Assembly: GCA_049510395.1 (NCBI GenBank)
Contig: JBEKYY010000016.1
Span: forward strand, 3,095-67,094
Length of the DNA: 64,000 bases
Direction: 5' to 3'
Source of the DNA: Verrucomicrobiota bacterium
GTDB taxonomy: Bacteria > Verrucomicrobiota > Verrucomicrobiia > Limisphaerales > UBA11358
The notes beneath the pieces were generated by a model, which was given only the letters and a program-made list of their open reading frames with translations, searched no databases and had not been told where the DNA came from. A program made the translations under genes and the position numbers. This document shows, piece after piece, positions 1 through 9,100 of this stretch; position 1 is the stretch's first letter; each line of letters begins with the position of its first letter.

Positions 1-1
1 A

Positions 2-547
2 TTGTTTGACATGCTCGCGATAATCCGGCGTGCCGAACTGCGCGACAAATTCCCCGGCTTGCCCGGGTTTCCCGTCGGGCCGGCGCAACAATCCGTCCAC
101 CGACACCAGCGCGGCGACTTTCTCCGGCGCCTGCTTGTAAACGCAGCAGATGACCGGCCCGCCCATGCTGTGGCCGACGAGCGTGGCTTTGTCCACGTGC
201 GCATCGCTCATCACCGCCAGGACGGCGCTCGCGAAGAAATCCATCGTGTAGGCGGTGTGCGGCTTGTCGCTCTGGCCGTGGCCGGGAAGGTCAATGAGCA
301 CCAGCCGCGCCTTGTCCGCGAAGGCCGGGACCTGCTCGCGCCAGAAACCGAGATTGCCCGCCCAGCAGTGGACGAAAACAATGGTCTGCCGGCCCCCGCC
401 CACCGTGACGTAATGGACCCTGTTCGTGCCAAAGGAAACAAAATGCGATTTCCCGTCAGCCAGCGTTTTGGGTTTCGGCGCGGTGGCGCAACCGCCGAAC
501 ACAAACAGTGCGGCGGCCGCGCAGGCGAAACTAACAATTTTAATCAT
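2..547 (-). CDS. alpha/beta-fold hydrolase with lipoprotein-type signal; C-terminus runs off the window start
   Basis: My own minus-strand translation from the ATG at 547 reads MIKIVSFACAAAALFVFGGC...TIVFVHCWAGN...LPGHGQSD...LVGHSMGG (nucleophile elbow G-H-S-M-G). There is no stop before position 2. The listed + ORF 2..577 is its antisense shadow. Confidence 0.8.
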   Translation of the reverse strand, partial: MIKIVSFACAAAALFVFGGCATAPKPKTLADGKSHFVSFGTNRVHYVTVGGGRQTIVFVHCWAGNLGFWREQVPAFADKARLVLIDLPGHGQSDKPHTAYTMDFFASAVLAVMSDAHVDKATLVGHSMGGPVICCVYKQAPEKVAALVSVDGLLRRPDGKPGQAGEFVAQFGTPDYREHVKQ

Positions 548-664
548 GCCAAAGATGCCCTTTCTAATTGTGATTAATCACGGGATGCTACGTGGACGGT
601 GTCGCATCGGCAATAATTCAGTTGTGAAATTTAAGCAGCATCAATGCCAAGGCCCCATACAGGA

Positions 665-1930
665 TTAAAAACGCCAGCCCACCGACACCATCACGGCATG
701 GCTGATGAAATCATATTTGCCGTCGGCGTTCTGTCCGGCTGGACCTCCGGGCGCAGATGGTGGCTGGCTGCCGGTGACCGTGTGCGTGGGGCCGTAGCCG
801 AACTGATAGGCGATGTCGAAATTGAAATGCTTGCCCAGGTAACCGGCCCCGGCGCTGAAAAAGAAACGGTCCATGTCCGCCACCAAGGGAGTGTAAAACG
901 CATTCGGCACGGAGTTCTCGTTATAGACAACCCCGGCGCTCGCATGCCAGCCGCCGTTAAAATATCGCGTCACACCGAACTCATATATCCAGCTTGGCTG
1001 CCAGTCGAACGTCACCGGATTGTCGGGATGTGGTGCAGCACGCGGCGGATTTGCCTGGTAAATGGTGGTCGAACCGAAGCTGCTCCAATCCGTGTAGTCC
1101 GCATCAAACTCGATGTTCCATTTGGGTGTGGGCCGGTAGGAAATGCCCAAGGCGGCGTTCAGTGGAAAAGTTAAATCCATTTGTGCCGGACTCTGCGCGC
1201 TGGGGGGGCGTAACTGTACTTCCGTCTGACCGTCCAGTGTCACCTTCGCCGGGCTTCGGAACGTCGCGCCCAACGAAATTTTCTCTATCGGTTGCCACAG
1301 TGCGCCGAGGTTGTATCCTACGCTCCAACCGTTGCCAGTAAAGCGGAAGTAGTTGGGGGGGCTAACATTTCCTTGCATTCCCTGCTCCAGATACATGTCC
1401 ACATAGTTCACCATCGGGCCGGCGGCAATGGAAAGCGAAGGCAGTATTCTCCAAGCCATCACGGGGTTGATCGTCACATAGGTCAACTTGCCATTCAGCG
1501 CCACTGCGCGGAAACCCGTGTCCTGCGGCCAGGACGTTTTCCCTCCGTAAGGCGCGTAAACCCCCAAGCCAAAACTCAGCGGAAAATCCTCTGGAACGTA
1601 GGTGTAGAAGACCTGGGGAACCGCAGCGAGATTATCTGAATTATGGTAAGTTTGACCGCTGTTGTCGACGCCATCGGGGGGGCTGTACTTTTGGTCAAGA
1701 TAAATTCCATAAAGGCCACCCCGAAGATTGTTGCCCCCAAGCTGGGTGATGCCGGCCGGGTTGTAGTAAATGGCTGACGGATTGTCCGCCGTGGCCACAA
1801 ACGCCTCGCCGCGCGCGGTCGCAAAAGCATCCTGGTCCGGCAGCCGTAAGCCATTTGCCGAAGCTTTCAAGGCCCAAACGCCCGAAATCATCAGTACCAG
1901 AAATTTTAATATATTGCGTCGGTTTATCAT
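665..1930 (-). CDS. outer-membrane channel of the FadL/TodX (OmpP1) family
   Basis: The ATG at 1930 gives the signal peptide MINRRNILKFLVLMISGVWALKASA. The N-terminal motif DAFATARGEAFVATADNPSAIYYNPAG and the C-terminal ...VSVGWRF are typical of FadL-type barrels. Confidence 0.8.
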   Translation of the reverse strand: MINRRNILKFLVLMISGVWALKASANGLRLPDQDAFATARGEAFVATADNPSAIYYNPAGITQLGGNNLRGGLYGIYLDQKYSPPDGVDNSGQTYHNSDNLAAVPQVFYTYVPEDFPLSFGLGVYAPYGGKTSWPQDTGFRAVALNGKLTYVTINPVMAWRILPSLSIAAGPMVNYVDMYLEQGMQGNVSPPNYFRFTGNGWSVGYNLGALWQPIEKISLGATFRSPAKVTLDGQTEVQLRPPSAQSPAQMDLTFPLNAALGISYRPTPKWNIEFDADYTDWSSFGSTTIYQANPPRAAPHPDNPVTFDWQPSWIYEFGVTRYFNGGWHASAGVVYNENSVPNAFYTPLVADMDRFFFSAGAGYLGKHFNFDIAYQFGYGPTHTVTGSQPPSAPGGPAGQNADGKYDFISHAVMVSVGWRF

Positions 1931-2202
1931 CACTGATTCATGGGTTCCAACAACAGAACGAATGCCGTAGATACGCATGAATGACACGCCGGAGCAAGCA
2001 AATCCCCTGCCAGGAGGCGTGAGGGTAATGGGCCGATTGGAACCATTGTTGTTAACGCGCCGTGCAAACGCATGGTTTATGAAAGATCAGCCCGGTGCCT
2101 TGCGTAATGGAAACAGGCGAATATGTTGGATTTATTTCAAACCAACTCCTGCCGGGTTTCAGGGTGGCTTTACTTTCATCCGGCATGGGGTAGAATGGCA
2201 AC

Positions 2203-3285
2203 GTGAAAAAAGCCGTTGGATTCATGGTGGGAATTTTGTTGTTTGGCTCCGCCTTTTTTCCGGCCCAAGCCGCTTTCACGTCGCTCTATGTCTTTGGTGA
2301 TAGCCTTTCCGCTGCGTCAAACAATGTGCCAATCGGACCGTATGGCTACGGCGATCGCTGGTCCAACGGCCGGGTTTGGGTGGAAGTGCTGGCGCAACGC
2401 CAAGGGCTGCCTTTCAACCCTTCCAATAACATTTCCTTTTTCGGCAACATCAGTGGCAATATGGTGGACGAGGTCAATAGCTTCACCCCGCCAGCGCCGG
2501 CGAGCAACGTGCTGGTGGTCATTTGGGTCAACAATGCTGATTTGTATTATCCGGCGACGGCCTCCCCACCGACCTTGGAGGGTTTTAATACCGTCATCAA
2601 CCAGGCACAAACCAACCATTACAAAGCCATTACCAACCTTTATGCCAAGGGCATTCGCACCTTGATCATGCCCAATGTCGTGGATATTTCCACCATTCCC
2701 GCATTTAATAAGTTCACTGCCTATACGAACTTGTTTCATCAGGCTTCCACGAATTACAACGCTGCCTTTTATGCCACGTTGAACCGTGTCCGAACCAATT
2801 CCAGCTACTCCGGCCTTACCATTTATATTCCCGATTTCTTCGCCCTGCTCACAAATCTGCTGACGTATCCCACCAACTACGTAGTGACCAACGCCCTTAA
2901 GAATAAATTAAGTATTGACGCCCTAGGCTACCTGGGGAACCCATCTTTGACGAATGGCCCTGGCACGAACTACATTTTTTGGGATGCACAGGATCCGACC
3001 GCAATGGTCCATATGTGGATGGCCAATACCGCCCAGCAACTCATCTCGCCGGTGCGAATCAGCAAAATCACCGCACTCAACGGCAGCAACCGGCTGGATA
3101 TGGCCAATGTTCCGGTTGGCCAGAATGGTTTGGTCATTGGCCGCACGAACCTGTTGCTGGGGAACTGGACAACCAATGTGAACAATTTCAACAGTACCAA
3201 CACAACACAATCGGTCTTTGTCCCGGCCTCCGGTCCGACGTGGTTTTACCGGCTGAGCTTTCCCTACTCCTGGACCTGGCCGTAA
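2203..3285 (+). CDS. secreted SGNH/GDSL lipase-acylhydrolase with a C-terminal W...FYR module
   Basis: It has a signal peptide followed by block I, FTSLYVFGDSLS (GDS nucleophile). A GTG at 2203 precedes the hydrophobic signal. The tail is ...GNWTTNV...TWFYRLSF. Confidence 0.8.
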   Translation: MKKAVGFMVGILLFGSAFFPAQAAFTSLYVFGDSLSAASNNVPIGPYGYGDRWSNGRVWVEVLAQRQGLPFNPSNNISFFGNISGNMVDEVNSFTPPAPASNVLVVIWVNNADLYYPATASPPTLEGFNTVINQAQTNHYKAITNLYAKGIRTLIMPNVVDISTIPAFNKFTAYTNLFHQASTNYNAAFYATLNRVRTNSSYSGLTIYIPDFFALLTNLLTYPTNYVVTNALKNKLSIDALGYLGNPSLTNGPGTNYIFWDAQDPTAMVHMWMANTAQQLISPVRISKITALNGSNRLDMANVPVGQNGLVIGRTNLLLGNWTTNVNNFNSTNTTQSVFVPASGPTWFYRLSFPYSWTWP

Positions 3286-3354
3286 TCCGTCGTCGTCTCC
3301 TCCGGTCCGCTGCAGTTTTGTCCGCTGACACCTTTTCTCAATGACAACCGGTGC

Positions 3355-3449
3355 CATGGGCGGCGTTGTCCACCCTTCGTAGCAGAGCTGCTGCGGAGGA
3401 CGGGCTACGCCGCCGGGTATGAGGCCGCGCAGCAGCACGGCCCTACCTT
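3355..3449 (-). repeat. GC-rich palindromic element, family B (GGTAGGGC...GCCCTACC type), inverted orientation
   Basis: It contains tccacccttcgtagcagagctgctgcggaggacgggc and the terminal ggccctacc. It matches the reverse complement of the 13300..13389 copy. Confidence 0.5.
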
Positions 3450-3603
3450 GGTGGAGCCAGAATGCGCCCCGGACCCGCCGCATGGTTTTTTGCAAATACT
3501 CTCCGTGCCTATCGTCAAAATCGTCGGACGCAGCCGGATATCCGGCCGGCACAAAAGCAAACTGCTGGCGTCCGGACGATTTTCGGTTTATTAATTGGAT
3601 GTT

Positions 3604-4380
3604 ATGAAAAAACTAATCTTGACTGTTCTCGCCCTGGCCTGCGCCGGGGCGGTTCGCGCCGGCATCCACACCCAAATCGTCGAATATAAACAGGGCGACA
3701 CGACGCTCGAAGGATTCGTCGCCTATGACGACGCCATCCAGGGCAAACGGCCCGGCGTCCTGATCGTGCACCAGTGGCTGGGGCTGACCGACTACGAAAA
3801 ACATCGCGCGGAAATGCTCGCGCAACTCGGCTACGTCGCGTTTTGCGCCGACATTTACGGCAAGGGCGTCCGCCCGCAAAACACGCAGGAAGCCGGCACA
3901 CTGGCGGGCAAATACAAAAGCGACCGGCAACTGTTGCGCGCCCGCGTCAACGCCGGTCTGGACGCGCTGCGCCGGCAGCCGCTCGTTGATTCGAAACGCG
4001 TCGCGGCCATTGGCTATTGTTTTGGCGGCACGACGGTGCTCGAACTGGCGCGCAGTGGCGCGGACGTTGCGGGCGTGGTGAGTTTCCACGGCGGATTGGA
4101 TTCGCCGACGCCAGCGGACGGCAAAAACATCAAAGGCAAGGTGCTGGTGTGCCACGGCGCGGATGATCCTTTCGAGAAACCGGCGGACCTCGCCGCATTT
4201 GAGAGTGAGATGCGCGATGCAAAAGTGGATTGGCAGCTTATCAAATACGGCGGCGCGGTCCATTCCTTTACCCAGCCCATGGCGGGCAACGACAATTCCA
4301 AGGGCGCGGCTTACAACGAAAAGGCGGACAAACGTTCGTGGGAAGCCATGAAGCAGTTCCTGGCCGAAATTTTCAAATAA
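3604..4380 (+). CDS. dienelactone hydrolase family protein (secreted)
   Basis: The ATG at 3604 gives the signal MKKLILTVLALACAGAVRA. DLH-like blocks are GVLIVHQWLGL, GYCFGG (nucleophile Cys) and CHGADDPF. Confidence 0.85.
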   Translation: MKKLILTVLALACAGAVRAGIHTQIVEYKQGDTTLEGFVAYDDAIQGKRPGVLIVHQWLGLTDYEKHRAEMLAQLGYVAFCADIYGKGVRPQNTQEAGTLAGKYKSDRQLLRARVNAGLDALRRQPLVDSKRVAAIGYCFGGTTVLELARSGADVAGVVSFHGGLDSPTPADGKNIKGKVLVCHGADDPFEKPADLAAFESEMRDAKVDWQLIKYGGAVHSFTQPMAGNDNSKGAAYNEKADKRSWEAMKQFLAEIFK

Positions 4381-4454
4381 TTTTTCGGGAGGGACGGCGT
4401 ATCGCCGTCCCAAAATTTGGGTCGCCGACACGGCGACCCTCCCAAATAAAATAC

Positions 4455-5027
4455 ATGCGCATCACCGGCGGCAACGCGGCGCGGCGGATTTTGAAAACGC
4501 CGAAAGGTCTGGCCGTGCGTCCCACGCCCGACCTCGTCAAGCAGGCGGTTTTCAACAGTCTTGGCGCGCGGGTTGCCGGCGCGCGCGTGCTGGAACTTTT
4601 TGCCGGCACGGGCGCGTTGAGCCTGGATTGCCTGAGCCGCGGCGCAGCGTCGGCGATGTGCATCGAGAAGTCGCACAAACACGCGGAATTCATCCGCGCC
4701 AATGCTTGCACCGCCAGCCTTGATCCGGCGCTGGAAGTGCGTGTGCAGGACGTGTTCGCCGTGCTGGCGCAATTTGCCGCCGAGGAGCGGCAATTTGATT
4801 TGATTTTGGCCGACCCGCCTTATGGCGAAAAAAACATCGGCCGCCGTTCAACTTCATTTGCGCAGCAACTGCTCGACGACCCTCATTTGCCGAAGCTGCT
4901 CGCGCCCGGCGGACGATTTGTTCTCGGTCACACGAAACGCGACACGCTGGAAATCGTTGCCCCCTGGAAAGAAGTGAAATCGCTCAAGCATGGCGACAGC
5001 CTGATGCGGTTTTTTGAGCGGGCTTAA
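4455..5027 (+). CDS. rsmD: 16S rRNA (guanine966-N2)-methyltransferase
   Basis: MRITGGNAARRILKTPKGLAVRPTPDLVKQAVFNSLG..., the SAM motif LELFAGTGALSLDCLSRGA, and the DLILADPPY (DPPY) motif. The ATG at 4455 lies inside the longer ORF 4230..5027. Confidence 0.85.
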   Translation: MRITGGNAARRILKTPKGLAVRPTPDLVKQAVFNSLGARVAGARVLELFAGTGALSLDCLSRGAASAMCIEKSHKHAEFIRANACTASLDPALEVRVQDVFAVLAQFAAEERQFDLILADPPYGEKNIGRRSTSFAQQLLDDPHLPKLLAPGGRFVLGHTKRDTLEIVAPWKEVKSLKHGDSLMRFFERA

Positions 5028-5104
5028 TTTTAAAGATCAAATTAATTTGAGATTGCATCCTCAACTCAGCTGGTTTAAAAATTTGGCTTGTTGGGAAGAA
5101 AATT

Positions 5105-7471
5105 ATGGGTTTTGATGCCAATCAACCTTCGCACCGTCAATTTCGAGAAACATTGAAGCAACGCACTGTGCCTGTGGTGGTTTGGGCTGGCGGTGGATTG
5201 AGTGCGCCTTCTGGATTGCCAAATTGGATTCAACTTCAAACGTTTTTGACGAACCGAGCGGTTGACAAGCAAGGAAGAGTAGACACAGCAGCTAGCGAAA
5301 TAATTCAGGCACATCTCAAATTAGCTCATAGCGAAAAATCGGCTTGGAAGAAATTTCAGCACCTTAAAAACGCACTTGGGAACACAGATTACACAAGTGC
5401 AATTCACGAAGCCTTTCAAGACGCCGGCAAAGCGACAATTCCGAACTTATATCTTCAATTGTGGGAACTTGGAATCAATGGTTTTTTTACTTTGAACATC
5501 GACCGTCTTGCCTCACGTGCGTTTAGCACGAGGACCCCGGGCGGTGTTTTAAGGGAATTTGAGGGGGGTAACTCACAAAGGCATGCAGACGTTTTTCTTT
5601 CTGGTCAAAAGTTTGTAGTTAATCTTCATGGAAGTATTGACGACGCGCAAAGTTGGATATTCACTGAGTCGGACTTCGAAACGTTAAGCAAAAATCCAGG
5701 TTATGATAAACTTGTGAGTGCTTGTTTTACGTCCCGTATAGTTCTGTTTGTCGGCATTTCGGCGGATGATCAAGCGGCGGGTGGCCATTTGGAAAAATTT
5801 AGGAAGCTTGGAATAAATTTAACCAATCACTTCTGGCTTACACATAAAAATGACGCGGGGACAGTTCGTTGGGCGGGAGACGTGGGGTTGAATTTAATTT
5901 TTTACGAGGCCCGAGGCGAAGATCATTCAGATATCAACGGTTTTGTTAAAGATCTCTCGCTATACATTCCGCAGGACCAAGTGCCACCACCAGTAGAACC
6001 TCCCTCGAAGAGGGAAGGCAGCTCAATTCTTCCTGCTGACGAACTTGAGCGACAACCAGCGAATAAAATTCGAATGGCTCTAAACAACGAGGCTAAAAGA
6101 ATTCTTTCATCAAACAGTGTGGCAAAAATCACGGAATATGATAAGTTTTTGTCAGAGTATGGCGAAGCCGTTTACCGTGCTTGGTCAATGAGCGTCACAC
6201 CGCAAAAAAACCTTTTTTTCAATTATTCCCTTAAACGCGTAATAGCGAAAGGTGCATTCGGTCAGGTTTTTGAAGCGATTGCGCAGGACGGAAAACACGT
6301 TGCCATTAAAATATTGCATGGCGATGTTCGCGAAGAGCCGGGTATGTTGATTAGCTTTCGTCGTGGTGTTCAGTCGATGCGAATACTTTCCGACCGTCAT
6401 GTTCCGGGAATGGTGCCATACCTTGAAGCTTGGGAGATTCCAACAAGTTCTGTTATGGAATTGGTCGATGGCCCCAACCTTGAAGATGCGGTAAGCGCGA
6501 ATTACGCTAATGATTGGGAAACACGCATGCGAATTGCTGCTGAATTGACAAAAATCATTCGCACGGCTCATAGCGTTCCAGAGCGTGTTCTTCATCGAGA
6601 CATTCGTCCTGCGAACATCATGTTAAAGGGTTATTACGACCAGACAGTCCCTTGGAAAGTAGTTGTATTGGATTTTGACCTTTCATGGCATCGCGATGCA
6701 GCAGAGGGAAGTTTAAATTTAGCGACCTCCTCCAATGGCTATTTATCGCCTGAATAAATTGATCCTTCGCGAAAGAAGTTAACTCGTAATGCGCTTGTCG
6801 ATTCGTATGGAATTGGGATGACGGTTTTTTTCCTGATTACAGGGAAACACCCTAAAGTGGGACAACATCTCTACGCCAACTGGGGTAAATTGCTCGCTGA
6901 AAAAGTTTGTTCAATTAGGTGTGTATTTTGGAATTCCTTACCATGTAGAATGGCTAGATTAATAGATTGGTCGACAAAAGATAACCAATCTGAACGTTGG
7001 GATGTGACAAGAATACATGGTGAATTGATTAGGCTTTCAGAGACTCAAAAGGGAGCGAGTTACGTTACATCGGCCGAAATGTTTGCTGAAGAAATTGTGG
7101 CTCGCTGTTCCGAGTTAGTTTCAATTTATACGTGGGACGACCAAAAGCTCTCTGCGTTGTCCGAATTGAGATCAGGTTTTACAATCCGTGTGGTTGGTGA
7201 TGAGTCTGAAAAGAGAGTTGAGGTTTATATCGACTGGATGCAGACAGGTGAGCGCAAATATGAAAACGTAAGAAAGTATATCGATACTGCCGCAGAAAAA
7301 AGTTGTTCGCGTCTCAAGAAAGGAGCGTGGAAAATATCACGTCGAGGGATTGCTCTTGGTGAGTGCCACATTGAGGCAGAAATAACTATTCCCGAATTGC
7401 GAAAGCCGGGACTTTTGGATGCTGCAGCGACTAGTCTAAACGAATCCATCTCCGCACTGCATTTTGGTTAA
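5105..7471 (+). pseudogene. SIR2-like (SIR2_2-type) domain fused to a Ser/Thr protein kinase domain and an unknown C-terminal domain; interrupted by one in-frame TAA at 6755..6757
   Basis: ORFs 5105..6757 and 6818..7471 are in the same frame. Reading through gives ...GYLSPE*IDPSRKKLTRNALVDSYGIGMTVFFLITGKHP, so the stop falls between kinase subdomain VIII (SPE=APE) and IX (DxxxxG). SIR2 blocks are VVWAGGGLSAPSGLPNW, FTLNIDRL, NLHGS and LFVGISADD. Kinase blocks are AKGAFGQV, VAIKIL, HRDIRPANIM and LDFDLS. G+C is markedly lower than in the flanking genes. Confidence 0.7.
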
Positions 7472-7479
7472 GTTAATAT

Positions 7480-8691
7480 TCAAGTTTTCGAAACTTGCTC
7501 GACCTCGTATCGGATTTCGTTTTTGAATCTGTCTACACCCTGGCCAAACGCGGCGGAGATGGGCAGCAACGAAACTTTGCGAATCTTCTTTTTGAACTGC
7601 TTCAAATTCTTTTCGGCCACCACCTCATCCATTTTGTTCGCAACCACCAGGCGCGGTCTTTCAAGCAACGCCGGGTCATAAAGTTCCAATTCGTTGAGCA
7701 ATTGTTTGTAATCGTCCCACGGCGCGCGGTTGTCCGTGCCCGCCATGTCGAGCAGCAGCACGAGGATTTTGCAACGCTCGATGTGCCGCAAAAAAGCGTG
7801 GCCGAGGCCGACATTACGGTGCGCGCCCTCGATCAAGCCCGGCACGTCACAGACCGTGAGCCGGTGCCAGTCGGCATATTCCACGATGCCGATTTGCGGG
7901 TGCAGCGTCGTGAACGGATACGGCGCAACTTTCGGGCGCGCCTTGGAAATGGCTGTGAGCAGCGTGGACTTGCCCGCGTTCGGATAGCCGACCAGCCCGA
8001 CTTCGGCCATGATGCGCAGCTCCAACAGATAATCGCCTTCCTCGCCCGGCTCGCCTGGCTGGGCGAAACGCGGCGTCTGGCGCGCGGCCGTCGCAAAGTT
8101 CCGGTTGCCCAATCCGCCGCGACCGCCTTTGCACAAAACAAATCGCTGGCCATGTTGGGTGAGGTCGGTGACCAGTTCGCCTTTTTCCTGATTGCCGGCG
8201 GAAGATTCTCCGGTGTTTTCCTGGCTCAAATCAATTTCTTGAGCCATGATTCCGCTCGCGCTGCGGATTAAAGGCCGCCGGCTCGCGCTGGTGGCAAACA
8301 AAGAAGATGACGACCCCTCGCCCTGTCCCTCTCCCCGTTTGGCGGGGAGAGGGTGGCCTTCAGGCCGGGAGAGGGGATTTTCTCCAACGCCGCCGGCCAA
8401 CCGCCAAACCAGCGTGCCGCATGGCACTTTGATGACGAGGTCCTTGCCCGCGTGGCCGTCCATGCCCTTGCCCATGCCCGCCTCGCCGGCCGGGGCGATG
8501 AGGCGCGGCTGATAATACTGGGCGATGAGGTTGTTGAGATCGTGGTCGGCCTGCAAAATCACGCTGCCGCCGCGCCCGCCGTTGCCGCCGCTGGGGCCGC
8601 CCTTGGCGACGTAAGCCTCGCGATGGAACGCGACACAGCCTTTGCCGCCGTGCCCCGCGCTCGCGTAAATTTTGATCTCGTCAACAAACAT
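7480..8691 (-). CDS. obg: GTPase Obg/CgtA with a roughly 75-aa insertion in the Obg fold
   Basis: MFVDEIKIYASAGHGGKGCVAFHREAYVAKGGPSGGNGGRGGSV, G1 motif GYPNAGKSTLL, and DVPGLIEGA. It follows rplU-rpmA in the conserved order. Confidence 0.95.
   Translation of the reverse strand: MFVDEIKIYASAGHGGKGCVAFHREAYVAKGGPSGGNGGRGGSVILQADHDLNNLIAQYYQPRLIAPAGEAGMGKGMDGHAGKDLVIKVPCGTLVWRLAGGVGENPLSRPEGHPLPAKRGEGQGEGSSSSLFATSASRRPLIRSASGIMAQEIDLSQENTGESSAGNQEKGELVTDLTQHGQRFVLCKGGRGGLGNRNFATAARQTPRFAQPGEPGEEGDYLLELRIMAEVGLVGYPNAGKSTLLTAISKARPKVAPYPFTTLHPQIGIVEYADWHRLTVCDVPGLIEGAHRNVGLGHAFLRHIERCKILVLLLDMAGTDNRAPWDDYKQLLNELELYDPALLERPRLVVANKMDEVVAEKNLKQFKKKIRKVSLLPISAAFGQGVDRFKNEIRYEVEQVSKT
8327..8353. repeat. 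family D hairpin CCCTCTCCCCG-TTTGG-CGGGGAGAGGG inside the obg coding sequence
   Basis: A perfect 11-bp inverted repeat with a 5-nt loop. The same hairpin (same loop) occurs at 45337..45363, and variants occur at 24023..24050, 24099..24125 and 45393..45420. Confidence 0.85.
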
Positions 8692-8697
8692 GCGCTG

Positions 8698-8730
8698 AAT
8701 TTACGATTGATGATTTACGATTTACGATTT
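8698..8730 (-). repeat. short tandem-repeat leader (AATCGTAAATC units) immediately upstream of the obg start
   Basis: The minus strand reads AAAATCGTAAATCGTAAATCATCAATCGTAAATTCAGCGC-ATG. A related motif sits upstream of the gene starting at 13245. Confidence 0.6.
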
Positions 8731-8786
8731 TCTAAAACCCGCCGTTTGACTGCAACCAATCATCAATCACCAATCATAAATCATAA

Positions 8787-8815
8787 ATAAAAAAGGCGAG
8801 GCGCGTGGCCTCGCC
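8787..8815 (-). terminator. rho-independent terminator after rpmA
   Basis: Stem GGCGAGGC/GCCTCGCC (8795..8802 / 8808..8815). On the minus strand it is followed by TTTTTT (the A-run on the + strand ending at 8794). Confidence 0.6.
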
Positions 8816-8835
8816 GTAAAATTCATCTGCGCCGG

Positions 8836-9096
8836 TCAATTCTTCGCGGCGGGTTCGGCCTTCACGTTCACGCGATGGCCGCCCTTGTCGAAGGCGATTT
8901 TGCCGTCCACCAGCGCAAAAAGCGTCCAATCGCGGCCCGTGCCGACATTTTCACCCGCCACGAACTTCGTGCCGCGCTGCCGGACGATGATGCTGCCGGC
9001 GGTGACCGCTTCGCCGCCGTACGTTTTCACGCCGAGCCGTTTGCTGACGCTGTCGCGGCCGTTGCGGACGCTGCCTTGCCCTTTCTTGTGTGCCAT
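8836..9096 (-). CDS. rpmA: 50S ribosomal protein L27
   Basis: [45 protein letters not shown]. Confidence 0.97.
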   Translation of the reverse strand: MAHKKGQGSVRNGRDSVSKRLGVKTYGGEAVTAGSIIVRQRGTKFVAGENVGTGRDWTLFALVDGKIAFDKGGHRVNVKAEPAAKN

Positions 9097-9100
9097 AAAA

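Noticed and set aside
6755-6757. Programmed readthrough or selenocysteine/pyrrolysine recoding at the in-frame stop of the SIR2-kinase gene.
   Set aside because: The codon is TAA, not TGA or TAG, and it is followed by A, which is a strong termination context. I saw no SECIS-like hairpin or slippery sequence. A nonsense mutation or a sequencing error is the simpler reading.
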